Below are positions 1 through 12,810 of a DNA stretch of 64,000 nucleotides, piece by piece (within the stretch, counting starts at the first letter, position 1; each line of letters starts with the position of its first letter). The position numbers and the translations under genes were made by a program. The notes under the pieces were generated by a model that ran no database searches, had not been told where the DNA came from, and saw only the letters and a program-made list of their open reading frames with translations. This DNA is from Paramecium tetraurelia (taxonomy: Eukaryota), in assembly GCA_000165425.1 (NCBI GenBank), contig CT868061.1:124001-188000 (forward strand). Reading direction: 5' to 3'.

Positions 1-898
1 ATCTTCTGTTACTTAACTCTAGTGATGGGTCTATTATCACAAATCTAGTTGAATTAACATATGATTCAGCAAGGTATTTAAATCTTTTGTGAAGAACTCC
101 ATTTTTCTATCCTGCAATACCAACCAAAGGAATCTTATCATTTTCTACCTTCATGAATTCCTCCTCATTCAAAGAGAATACAAGGGGATATCCTTTAGTT
201 GAAATGAATTCTGATAACCCATCAATGTCACCATTATAATGAATTGGCTTCTCAATATCTTTATTTATCAATGTGTATTTATGAGGGTAATTTTATCGTA
301 ATTCATTATTCTCTACTATTCCAAATTTGACTTAAATATGATCCAAACTCACATTTGATAATTCATCTTAATCATTTACATATTTAAGAACTGCAATATT
401 TGATCTTTTCAAGAACAAATCAATCTAAGTTAATAGTAAATTTCTGAAGATACCTCTTCTTAAGTATATAATTTTGTAATTGGTCCATACGCATGTTATA
501 GAGCAAATTCAAATAAAATTTCCAAAGAATCAGAAGAATTTGGAAAATCATATGAGACTCCATTTCTAAACAGTTTCAATGTTGGATAAGCCTTAGCATC
601 ATGTTTAGCTGCCAATGATTTACTTTCTTGAGCATTGACTTCTCCTAATACAAATCCATATTCCTTCAATCTTTAAGCCAATTGAATGAATACAGGCTTC
701 ATTTTTTAGCTTAAGTTCAATTGATATTCAATACCAGTATCCACAAGAATCAATATAAAATTTGACCAATAATCTAGGATGCTCATCCAAAGCCTATTAG
801 AAGTTTCTACGACTTAATTGTAATATTCCATCAACTTCTGGAATTTGTTCTGTTGAAATAATGGCGAATGTCAGAGCTAGTAGTAAGATGAATTTCAT
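1..898 (-). CDS. Protein disulfide-isomerase-like thioredoxin-fold protein (3' end beyond window start)
   Basis: Code-6 translation MKFILLLALTFAIISTEQIPEVDGILQLSRRNFQQALDEHPRLLVKFYIDSCGYCQKMKP gives a signal peptide plus a CxxC (CGYC) active site after removing a 25-nt GT-AG intron at 710-734; later AKAYPTLKLF thioredoxin motif. Confidence 0.85.
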
Positions 899-1024
899 GA
901 TTATTTTTTTAAATAGAAATCTCTTGCGTGTATTTTGCAGTTAAAATGAAGAATTTTCTAGATTTCTTTATAAAATTTATAAATAATTTTTATATTTATT
1001 AAATACAAAATTATCCTAATTTAT

Positions 1025-2677
1025 TCAAATTTTGAATTAGAGTGATCCTTTATTATCGACATTCTATTTTTATTTTTGCTCCTCTTAATCTATTAAATAG
1101 AACAGAATTAGATACTTCTTTTTAATTTTGGCTGAATTTGATACATTTTAATTTGATGACTATGAGGAACATCATCCTCTTCATTAACATTGTATTCATT
1201 TTCTTCTAGGATGCATTCTTATTTTTTAATTTTTAATGATTAACTCTATTATCTTGAAGTAGACGTAAGTTAATCTTCTTTTTATTGATCAGTTGTATTC
1301 GACTTGCTCCTCATTTAAGGTGTAACACTTAGAGGTGTGGAAGTGATAGATTAATTTAACTCTTATCCCATTAATGGTGTTTTGGCATACAGTTCAGAGT
1401 TCTTTTTGTGTTTAGGGTATGTGTCAGCTCTTCAAAATATAAGCATAATTTACAAGATTAATTTATGATCTCCTTACTTTTAAAACCATGGATGTTGGAG
1501 AGCAAGTTCAGAACTGATTCTCAAATCTGGATTCTTTTCGAGCAATGAAGTCAAGAGATGAACAGCCTCTTCACTTAGGGGTTGATTTTTAATTAAACTG
1601 AATTCGATCTAACAATGATAGTTTTTCATCACTATTTCATCATATGACTAGGCTTTGAATGGAGATTGACCAGTCAACATGATGAACATCAGCACTCCTG
1701 CACTAAAGATATCTATCTTATAATCATAGATTTTATCCTAAAGCAATTCAGGAGCTACATAACCAGGAGTTCCGCAACGCTTAAACATATAATCTCCTTC
1801 TTAATTATAGAAATCAGCAAGACCAAAATCTGCAATCACCACATCAGCCATGTCTCTTTTTGATCTGAGTATCAAATTCTCTGGCTAGATAATTATCACT
1901 TTTCTTAACCTTTATGTCTCTATGCAGAACACCAACTGAGTGGATGTAATCAATAGATTGCAAAATTCTAAACATTATATGAGCAACAGTTTTCTCATCA
2001 TACGCTTTCCCTTTCATTTGATTAAACAATTCCCCTCCCTCAAGCAATTCACATACCATAAATATATAATTGTCATTCTCAAACACTTCACACAATTTTA
2101 TTACACCCACAAATTCCATCTTTCTCATTATTGATAATTCCTTAATCAAAGCAGGCTACAATTATAAAATGAATCTACCTTGTCAATTCTAATATCTTAA
2201 AATTTTAGCTTATCGAAGGCCTTTACAGCATACGTCGAGTGATCACTCTTTTTGGATGCACTGTACACCTTGACTTATTCGATAATGCTTTACCTTTGCA
2301 AAATTCCCCTTCCCAATCAATTTATTTATTGAGTATACATTATTGAACCCTCTCTAAATGCAATACTGTTTAAGTTACTTATACCACATTCCTTGAGCCT
2401 CTTCATTATGAGTAAGCAACTCAACCGATTTACGATTCTTTGTCAATTTAAATCCTATATCTTTTATCTTCTCCAAAGTAGCATTCTATAGATCTATATA
2501 TTTATGTTAACAAGCTAGTTTTCCATCCTAAAGAAAATAGTTGCTTTCTTTTTAAATTCCTAATTTAGAATTTTTGATCAGTGTTCCACTAATTTTTGGA
2601 TCTGATGCCTAAATTACTTCTTTAATCCATAAATTTGATTTTGGATCATCAAAAAATGAACCTTTTGGTAAATTCAT
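1025..2677 (-). CDS. Ser/Thr protein kinase (CaMK-like) with N-terminal PH-like region
   Basis: GKGNFAK glycine loop, YAVKAF, HRDIKPEN (split by an intron), IADFGLA, CGTPGYVAPE; several micro-introns. Confidence 0.9.
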
Positions 2678-3399
2678 TAATTCTTTTTTTAATTTTGTGA
2701 AATCAATTTATTGATTACATAATTGAGTCTAATAATAATAAAATCTTCTTAAATACTCATTTAATTTCTCCTTTTAATCAATTAATTTTTAAATTCACCT
2801 AAAACTGATTAAAAAAAAAAATATTAAACTTCAAATTTTTGTGAAAACTCTATAAACAGCTAAAAATTAAATTACAAATAAATTAAGAAAAAATTGAAAA
2901 AAAAATATGATAGCTCAATCTTAGTATATTAAATAATTATAAATAAGCATTATTAGCTCATCAATGGTTTATAAGACTATGATAATATTATTGGTAAGTT
3001 TTGAAAGTAATCATTATTATTTGTCATTAATTTAATTTACAATCTAAAGGACAAATCTTAAAAATGAAATATCCTCATATTAGGTATAAAGTTTAAATTG
3101 GAATACCATTTAAATTGATTAAAGTTAGTGATTCATTTACATAAAGTTCAATAAAATATTCAAAAATGAAAATCTAATACAATAAAAATCTAGTATATAT
3201 TAAGTGTAAACAACTTTATTCTTTTAATAAAATAAAGTCCGTAAATATATATTTTTTAAATAAAATCAATTATATTGTTTTAAAGAAGTTTGATCTCTTA
3301 ATGATTATTATCAAATAAAAATATTAGGATATTATTTTTTTTTATTTTCACTTTAATTTAGGACTTCTACTTGAATAAATTTTGTCTTATTTCACTTCT

Positions 3400-4130
3400 T
3401 CTAAATATTTTTAATTCTAAATTCTGAATGCCTGTGTTTAATCTGTTACTTTACACGAAGTAATGATTATTTGGTATATGCTTTGTGCTCCTTTTTTTGC
3501 AATAGTCCCAATAAAATCTAACGTTTATAGTTTGGTTTTATAATCATTTCTTCCTACCACTCGTTTTGGCAATCAATTTTACAATTTTGTAATTACATCA
3601 TCCTTAATTTGTAGGAGTAAATTTGTTATAGCTTTAATTTTAAGCAACCTTAAAATTGTTTTATCGACTTTCTTCTTAATCAATCAATTTTTCTATATTT
3701 ATGTATTCTCAAAGTATGATGCTACAGTATTATTTAGGAAATAAGGTTGAATTTATATTCATTATAAACAAATACTATGCGTAAATTAATAAGTTAAGGA
3801 TATGAGAACAACTTACAAAATTAGATACTAAAGGTTTCATATATTTTTAGACAGTTCTTTAATATTTGATTACTATCCATAAATATTTATAACTTAAAAT
3901 AACAGATCCTTGTGGAACAGTAGGTTTGAAATTTTAATCATTTTAGATCATCTTTTAATCTATTGTGAAATGAAGCCAAAATATCTAATCAATCTTATTT
4001 TTTAATAATTGAAATAGAATAGCTGTAGTAATTAGAATAAATAGAAGCTTATGTTACAAATAAATTTTCAAATATGTTATAGAGTAATTGACTATTAAAA
4101 ATCTAATATTCTAATCTAGAAATAAAACTT
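3400..4130 (-). mobile_element. Decayed non-LTR retrotransposon reverse-transcriptase fragment
   Basis: The minus strand gives, in RT order, KVLFLD (~4115-4130), VPQGSVI (VPQGS at 3904-3918), a shifted-frame NIY, and LLIYAQYL (3772-3783; YADD decayed). Many frameshifts; boundaries approximate. Confidence 0.65.
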
Positions 4131-4166
4131 TATATAATAATTTAATTATTAAAATCTAAATCAAGA

Positions 4167-6133
4167 TCATAAATCCCTTTTTTTATTCATTATAGCATCA
4201 ATTGAACTAAATAATTTTATATATATTACTTCTTTAAATCTTACTGTTTTTTTTCAAAATCAGTAATTTTTTTATCAGCTTTATATTAATTTTCTTATAA
4301 CCATTTAGAACTAGAATCAAGTAATAATTTTATTTCTGACAATTCAGCTTAACTTATTTAATTTTTATATTTTGATTGCTAATTTATACCAATTAATTTA
4401 CTTATATTTCAATTAGGAATTCCTTTTAATAAAGTTTTAAATTATTTATTACGTCCATTCTTTCTAAATAAATTTTTTCCTCTTTCTCACTTTCATCCTT
4501 TTATTTCTAAATTTCTTCTTTTGATTGTCTCATCAAATTTGTTATGACAATTTCATACTAGCTTAAACTTTTTGTATCTAAATCAAAAGCTGTAACTTAA
4601 AGTAATCCATTGTAATTTAGGGAAAAAGTAACTTAAATTTCAGGTATCCCTCTTTTAGCAATTTTAATGCCTTTTAATTCAAATAGTCCAATTTATTAAT
4701 TTAATATTGTAAATTTATTTTCTCCCTAAAAAACTTGAATTATGATCCTAGTTTAATAATCCAGAACTGAAGTGTATATTTTTGACAAAGTTAATGGATA
4801 TTTAGACATTTTAGGTATAATTATACTCATCATCCCTCCTAAAGTTTCAACGCCATAACTTATCGTAGTTTTCATGATTTCTGCAAATTGATATTTTTAA
4901 TATTCTTCTTTAGTAAGTGAATTTGCATAAATAGCAGCCCCAACGCAAACTAACTCATCTTATATTCTATCTTTAATGATCTTGCTGTTTACAAATATTG
5001 TTTCAATAATTTATTAGATTTTAGGAATTCTACTACTTCCTCCTACTAGAATAACTTCATCTATATCTATTATCTATAGATTAGAGATTTTAAATGTTGA
5101 ATTTATTACATCAATAACATCATTAAAATGTTCTTCATTCAACTCTTCAAATTTTTCCCTTGTAAGACTATAATTAAAATCATATCCTTCAATCAAATTC
5201 GATATTTTTATATGTGCAATTTTCTAGGAAGAAAGAGTTTCTTTAGCTCTTTAAGCTTCTGTTTTTAATACTTAAATTGCTTTTTTATTATGAATTATGT
5301 CAATTCTAGTAGATTTATATATATAATCAATGAAGTAGTTGACTATAGTCTAATCAAAATCTTCTCCTCCTAAATTTGGTTATGCCTAATGTTCTAAATC
5401 TTCAAATTTGTCCTTTGTTGCTTTCACAACTGTAATATCTAAAGTGCCACCCCCAAAATCAAATACAAAAATTATTTTTTTCTACGTTAAATTATCTATG
5501 CCATAAGCAATTGCAGCAGCCTTTGGTTCACTAATAATTCTAACAACATTAAAGCCGGCAATTTCTGCAATGTCTATAGTAGCTTCTTTTTAAGCATTAT
5601 TAAAACTGATAGGAACTGTTATAACTAAATTTTTAATTGGAACCTCTAAATAAAAGTGAGCTATTTGCTTCAAATATACTAAAACCTTTGCTTGAATATA
5701 ATCAATGCTAAATAACTTATTACTCTCATTTCCATACTAATCTACTTTAATACAAGTTCTATTATTTTCTTCAGCTATAGAATATGCCTATCTTTTCTTC
5801 ATCTTCTACACACTAGGATCAAAATAACTATGATTACTTCATAGCTTACTTTCTTCCAGTTAATCTTTTGAGATCATAAAACGTATTATTCGGATTAATA
5901 ATGGCCTATTCTTTAGCATCTTCCCCTACTATAAATTCATCATTTGATAAAGCCACAACTGTAGGTGTTGTTTTAGATCCAAATTTATTTGCAAGTACTT
6001 CAACTTTATCATCTCTTTAAATGCAAACACTTGAGTAAGTAGTCCCTAAATCAATTCCAATAACAGGATAATCATAAAGTTTGTCATCCGCATGAATAAT
6101 TGAAAAGAATACTCCTAAAAAAAAAATTACCAT
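4167..6133 (-). CDS. HSP70: Divergent HSP70-family protein with signal peptide (ER/BiP-like), copy A
   Basis: [15 protein letters not shown] leader, [54 protein letters not shown]; three micro-introns; ends MNKKRDL-TGA. Confidence 0.92.
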
Positions 6134-7559
6134 TTAATTCTTTATTTAAAATAATAATCAAACAGCACTTTATTTCTATAAAATAATATCTAAAAATTAA
6201 TCATAAATTTTGTATATATATTGTAGAAGAAGAAAATTTCAGATTTAATTTGTATCATTGTTAAATCGAATCAAATTAAATTAAAAAAAAAAAAAATTTC
6301 AATTATAAATTTGCAAAAAAGAATATACAGATATTAAAGTACATCATTTTTCTTTGACTATTCATACTTTTGATCTAAATTAGGTTTTAGACCATCCTTT
6401 TTTTCTATTTTTCTTTTATTCTTGATATTTTTACTTAAAAATTGCGCAAAAAGATTTTTTAAGAGTCATCATAATAAAAATTTGTATTTTATTCTTTTTA
6501 GAATATTAAGATTATCCCTTATTTTGATTTATTAGCAAAAATTATTAATATTGAAATGCGAAACTTCATACTCGAAATGCTGAGTAGGAACAAGAGTATA
6601 TCATATTTTTAATTCTAACATTTACAAAATATATCCAATTTGAAGTATTATAAATTCCTGTTCTATTTTCTTACCATAATAAAATTGAAGCAAAATATAA
6701 TTCTAAAACCACTGTGTTTTTGTAGTCTTATAAAAGTTGAAACATTATTCATCTATCATTTTTAATCGATTCAATTATAATTTCATAAATTTCATATATA
6801 AAATAATTAACTCCACTTAGATCACACAAGCATGTTTACTGTAGTATATAATTAAGATTGTTAAGCTGTAGCAGTACCATCACTATTAAAAAAATTGATG
6901 CATAAATCCCATGTTCACTTTAATTTCAAGAAAACTCAACTCTTCTATATTATTTTATCTTATGTTTTGTCTGGTATGTTTGTTTAATAGCCTTAGATAA
7001 TTACAATTAAAGCAGAATTTTGCTGTCATTAATGCTAAAAACTAGTGAAATATCTTTACGTAATTTTTTGAGTCTGAATGCAAGAGGACTTATAGGGCAA
7101 TTATCAGACTCAGAATCATCAAAAATTCAAAATTAGAAATTTAAGAAGGATATACATTTGAGATTTTGACTCAAAACTTAGTCATTTTGCAAAATGAAAT
7201 TATAATAAAATGTTCATTTTTAGATCTTTTTCACATATTTAACTTATTAATTTGAGAGATTTTATAAATATATTCCAAGAAGAACAATTTTTCCTTTATA
7301 ATTTTATAAGTTTATTGATTATTAGTATTATAATGTAAATACTTTACAAAGTTAAGTTCTCTGATAAATTGCAGATAATAATTTGTTCTCTTTGTTTTTT
7401 GGAAAGTTTTTATGTTTCCAAAATTGAAATCAAATTTGAGTACTTTTTAAATTAATGAAAATATCAAAATAGCATATTCAATTAATTTTTTTTATTATTA
7501 ATAAAATATAATTTTTCGATAGTTTAATTATATAGTTCAAAATTCCTAGAAATAAATAT

Positions 7560-7930
7560 TTATCAAGTGGGATTTTATTTAAGCAATATTTTTAGGCCGC
7601 AAAAGGAAACTAACAAAATCACAAAATGCATGCAACTAATAAGAAATCTAAAGTTTTGAATATTTGATAACCTAAAAAAAAATACTTATATACTTGATGT
7701 CATTGGAAATAACAATTATTAGCTTATCAGGTTATTGATGGTTATTTTAATCAAAATGTATATGCTAATCATCTAACAGAAGTAAGAATTCAGAAAATAT
7801 TGCGTGCAGTTAATATAATATTTATACCTCCTTATTCTACTTAAAATTGAACACAATAGAGTAGATTTTGTACAACCTAAAAGTAAATATTATTAAATAG
7901 AATTACACATAACTATTTTAATAAAATAGA
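7560..7930 (+). mobile_element. Decayed Tc1/mariner-IS630 DDE transposase fragment
   Basis: QVGF (DExGF-like) at ~7565, LAYQVIDGYFNQNVYANHL, then IFIPPYST, a frameshift and LNTIEQILYNLK at 7818-7882, matching the PPYSP-LNPIE-W-LK signature. The second-Asp segment is missing. Confidence 0.72.
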
Positions 7931-8153
7931 TAGAAGAATTAGAAAGTTACTTGGTTCTGTCTTAATATATATTTAAGAATGCCCCTTAATAATAATAGTT
8001 TTGGAGTAATTGATTATAATTATAATTCAATAATTTACTTTTACCTTCTCAGAATGAGTCAATTAAAATTGCTAATATTTTTCTTTTGCAATAACTAAAG
8101 TTTAGGTTTGAAAAAATGAATAATCATTAATCTTAAATTAATTATTGATTATA

Positions 8154-9765
8154 TCAAATATTCAGAATGTATATCAATAAGTTATATTTTGTTAATTATT
8201 CTGATTGATTCAAAATTCCAATTCTTCTTCCATTATGTTCTGTGTTAATTGATATGCATAATCTTTTTGGATCCTCAGGATCGAACGAATCACAGCCATT
8301 CAGATTAATTTTTTTATAAGGAGAAAAACCAAATGCTTTGTTAATATAATAATACCAACATATTTCACTAGTGTGGCTGCATTAAGCCAGATATAAATTT
8401 TTTGTTTCTTAAAAAACCTGAGTAGAGTAATCGCAGGCAACTAAAACTATCGTATTTGAATCTTCAGCAGCTATACAAATTAGAGGATCAGACCCATAAT
8501 TATATATTGTATAAAACAAATCTTAAAGAATATTTTGGTTAACAAACTTTTCAAAATTTTCATTATAGATAAGTTTAAAGGAATTAAAATTTGTCATTTA
8601 TAGATTTTAATGTATTCTCCCAACAAGTTGATTGGGAGTGATTGAGTAATTAATATTTAATTCAACTTGATTTGAATAAGAATGTGAAGATGACTAATTT
8701 TAAGAAAAATTTTAAAGTATTTGTGTTTCAATCTATGAATTAGGTTCCTATATGTCGGTAAAATTCTATTGTTTTTAATCCTAAAATTTAATTAAATCTT
8801 CAATTTGCGTATGTTCAGGTTCTTAATCATCTTTTTAAGTATTATTTCCATATGGTGTAAGTTAATGTTCTGAACCATCTTTTTAAGTATTATTTCCATA
8901 TGGTGTAAGTTAATGTTCTTAACCATCTGTTTAAGTGTTATTTTCATTTGGTGTAAGTTAATATTCTTAACCATCTGTTTAAGCTTTATTTCCATATGGT
9001 GTAAGTTAATGTTCTTAACCATCTGTTTAAGTATTATTTTCATATGGTGTAAGTTAATGTTCTTAACCATCTTTTTAAGTATTATTTCCATATGGTGTAA
9101 GTTAATGTTCTTAACCATCTGTTTAAGCTTTATTTCCATATGGTGTAAGTTAATGATTCTTAACCATCTTTTTAAGTATTATTTTCATATGGTGTAAGTT
9201 AATGTTCTTAACCATCTGTTTAAGTGTTATTTCCATATGGTGTAAGTTAATGTTCTTAACCATCTGTTTAAGTATTATTTTCATATGGTGTAAGTTAATG
9301 TTCTTAACCATCTGTTTAAGTATTATTTTCATATGGTGTAAGTTAATATTCTTAACCATCTGTTTAAGTGTTATTTTCATTTGGTGTATTTTATTGTTCT
9401 TAACCCCTATTTAATAATACTTTTTCAATTTAATTTATCTATTCTTTTTATTAACCTTTTGCAGTTTTTAAAATTACAGTCTATTTATCTATTTAGTATA
9501 TATTTGAATAACCATTTTGCTATACAAATTAATTTATTTCTTATTGTTCTAAATTTGGTTCACATTTATTAATGCAATGTTAGTTAAATTAATCATTTTA
9601 CTATCCTATTTTCACCTATTTCTAATTCCAATCTAACAAATTCTCTATTTGAATAATAATCATAAACGAAAAAGTTAAATTTATTGTTATCATGATAGTG
9701 TTATAAATAGACAGGAGGTATAAATATTTTCTCCAAACACTTTTTATTCGTTTTTCTTCTTTCAT
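8154..9765 (-). pseudogene. Unknown membrane-anchored protein with a 16-aa repeat stalk and Cys-containing C-terminal domain (family X, copy A); disrupted as assembled
   Basis: MKEEKRIKSVWRKYL plus a hydrophobic segment, PYENNTQTDGQEHQLT repeats, and C-terminal DPLICIAAE...ICWYYY...AFGFSP...RLCISIN...RRIGILN, clearly homologous to 18592-19560. There is an apparent in-frame TGA near 9594 and a +1 insertion at 9156. Confidence 0.65.
8815..9405. repeat. 48-bp tandem repeat, 12 copies (coding minisatellite)
   Basis: GGTGTA anchor at 8854, 8902, 8950, 8998, 9046, 9094, 9142, 9191, 9239, 9287, 9335, 9383; spacing is 48 except one of 49. Confidence 0.97.
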
Positions 9766-9899
9766 TATTTTCTTGATATTACTAATAATTAAAAAAAATT
9801 ATTGGATTTCCTTATTCCTCCACATTTAATATGCCCCCATCCATTCTAAAGAGGTTATTAATACAGCATGTATTTCTTTATATTACTGATAATGAAATT

Positions 9900-11100
9900 G
9901 AAATTATGCCAGAATAGCAATCTCATTTGAAATAAAACTCCTTAAGATCTAAAATTAAATTTACATATCCATCTTCAAAATCCATTCAGAATCTAATGGC
10001 TTCTTTCAGGGCAAATCATATCACTGGTTAGGATGATATTGGCAGTAGCCACAGATTACTTAAGAAGTATGATGGCACTTAATCCAGATATTTGGTAAGA
10101 AACAAAGTAGTTACATAAGAAATAATATTAGGTTTCAGGATATTAAGAAAAACTTCTTTGCAAATACATATTGAGATTAATATTACTCTTTAACAAGTTC
10201 AATTAAGGATGCATACAAGTATAGATAACAAAGTTAGGTTTCAAGTTAATAATTAGATTTTGCAAGTATAAGGCATAACTATTACTAAACAAATTAATCC
10301 TAATTTATAATTTACATAGTACAGCATAATTTGAAGATAAGAAACTTAAAAGTTTAGGTGAAAGGAAATACAATTTAATTTTTCTACTTGTGCCTTTTTG
10401 ATATTCTTTTGGTATAATATATATCAATTTTTATATATAACTCCTGAATTACACAAACCCATAATTTTATTTTTATAAAAACTATATTTGAAATTGATAA
10501 GAAACTTGGATGGGTAAGATAATGCGAATGAGCAAATTGAATCCTGAATATCATTAAAGGAATAATTCAGACCTCTAGAAAAAAAACCATTACAAACCAT
10601 ATCTATAGTTAATAAGCTAAAAGTAAGATCAATACCATTACAGAGATATTCTAGTCAGAAATAAAATAAAAGAAACATTAAAGAATTTGCTAATAAAATA
10701 ATTCAAAATTTAGAAGAATTAGCAATCATTGAAGTTCAGAATATAAAAATTTTCTGTAATAAATGCATAATAGGACCATATTAATCCGATTTATCTTAAA
10801 AACACATAAAACATTTCGTTCAAGGAAAATCCCTCAAGAATAAATATGGTAGATAGTTAATTATATATATAAAAATTCTTCCCAAACAGTATAAACAAAT
10901 ACAAATACACTAATCAAAATAATTTTATGAAATTTAAGTTCTATTAAAACCTAAACTCGCCAATAAATCTAAAGAAACCCATATTTATTAGGCTTATAAG
11001 AAGTAGGTTTTAATAAGTTAAATAATGAAGGAAATACAATTATTTTCATCTAAAAATAGTATGTAATCACTTTGGCTTATAATTATTTTTCAGGCACTAC
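9900..11100 (+). mobile_element. Possible decayed LINE AP-endonuclease region
   Basis: Fragmented A-rich coding-like sequence with QETK, QGCIQV and FYITP pieces in APE order, loosely resembling 21260-21340. Weak evidence. Confidence 0.3.
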
Positions 11101-12511
11101 TTATTAAGAAATTTTTCCATTAATGTAATAAGTCCTTAAGATTTGAGTGAGAATTGAAAATGTGCTTATATGGCAAGGCAATTTTATGATACTAGCCACC
11201 TTTATTACACTATTTAAACAAGAGTGGAAAATTCTCTGGAAAAATTGTCCTATGGTAGTAAATGAATTTTTAGTTGTACTTAACTGTTTTATAAAATTCC
11301 ACTTCTGCATTTCTAGTTAATATAACCAGTGTTTCAGTTCCTGCGGTGCTATTTGTGGTAAGCTTTTGGAAACACATAATTCTTTAAATCTAGAAGCTAT
11401 AATTTTTTATGGCTATCATTATATATTATATATGTAGAAAGCGAAGGGATTATATAAAAGAAGCGCTGTAAGATATTAATTATTGCAGTAATATGTTTGG
11501 GGGATATAGACATCGTTTTAATATTGCAAACTACCTCCATTAACGAAGTAGAAGGACTTATTATTTAATTGGATATAAATTTGCATAAATTGCTTAAAAA
11601 TGATTATTTTTGCAGGTAATTGATGTTATTCGATATTCCTTCTTAACAGATCGCCTTATTATAAGACATCAATCATAGTAACTATTATGTATGTTTTAGC
11701 ATTGCTATTTATAATTAATTATTCATGTAGTTTTTAATCATGTTTTTAATTCTTATTATTAGGTTAGTGATAGATTATCATTCAAATTATTCAAAAACAA
11801 GGAATTTTTCAATATTATCCTCTTTTTTTTTTAAATTTATTATTATTTAGATTTCTTCTTGTTTCATTTCTAAGAATTTATAAATTTTGTTTCATATTTA
11901 GTAGAATTATTTGAAATATTGGTGTATTTTAAGGTAATTAGTAATTGATTCGAAGATTATTTTTATAATAACATTTTATAGAGATGCAAAATAAATAGTA
12001 AATTATACCATATACAAAAATTTCCATTTTTATGCTAGTTTTCAACTACCATTCGTTTTTTTAAAGTATCAGGATGTTACTTCAATGCATAAGTAGTTTC
12101 TTTTGTGCTAAATTTTTCCTTCGATTTCATTAACATATTTTATTGATTATTTTTATCACTGAATTCTATAAGTAAAAATATCTACTTTAAAAAATTTCTT
12201 TATAGGGTATATAAATTAAAATTGTAGCTGCTTTAATTTGAATTTATCAAACTCAAATGGAATATAATTAAAATAATAAATGATATTAAATGGAGATGTA
12301 TCTATATAAAATATCCCTTTGGCTTAATTTAATTTTTACCTACAAAAATATGATCAAATTTAGATCTAAGCTTAGAATAAAAATGTTAATAATTGCCAAT
12401 TTATTGATTAAGTTTATTTAAGGAATAATAATAAAACGAGTTATTAGAATAAATACAAGTTTAGATTTAAAGAAACTCTCTTGGGCATTGCCGGGTGTGG
12501 CACGGAAACGG

Positions 12512-12810
12512 NNNNNNNNNNNNNNNNNNNNNNNNNNNNNNNNNNNNNNNNNNNNNNNNNNNNNNNNNNNNNNNNNNNNNNNNNNNNNNNNNNNNNNNNN
12601 NNNNNNNNNNNNNNNNNNNNNNNNNNNNNNNNNNNNNNNNNNNNNNNNNNNNNNNNNNNNNNNNNNNNNNNNNNNNNNNNNNNNNNNNNNNNNNNNNNNN
12701 NNNNNNNNNNNNNNNNNNNNNNNNNNNNNNNNNNNNNNNNNNNNNNNNNNNNNNNNNNNNNNNNNNNNNNNNNNNNNNNNNNNNNNNNNNNNNNNNNNNN
12801 NNNNNNNNNN
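12512..12810. other. Assembly gap (N run)
   Basis: Run of N. Confidence 1.

Noticed and set aside
8815..9405. CRISPR-like regular array
   Set aside because: Units are contiguous near-identical 48-mers with no unique spacers, lie inside a eukaryotic coding frame, and have no cas genes nearby.
8792..9414. Standard-code ORFs MEIKLKQMVKNINLHH... and MFLTICLS...
   Set aside because: These are alternative frames or antisense of the repeat; the frame joining the conserved C-terminal domain is the code-6 PYENNTQTDGQEHQLT frame.
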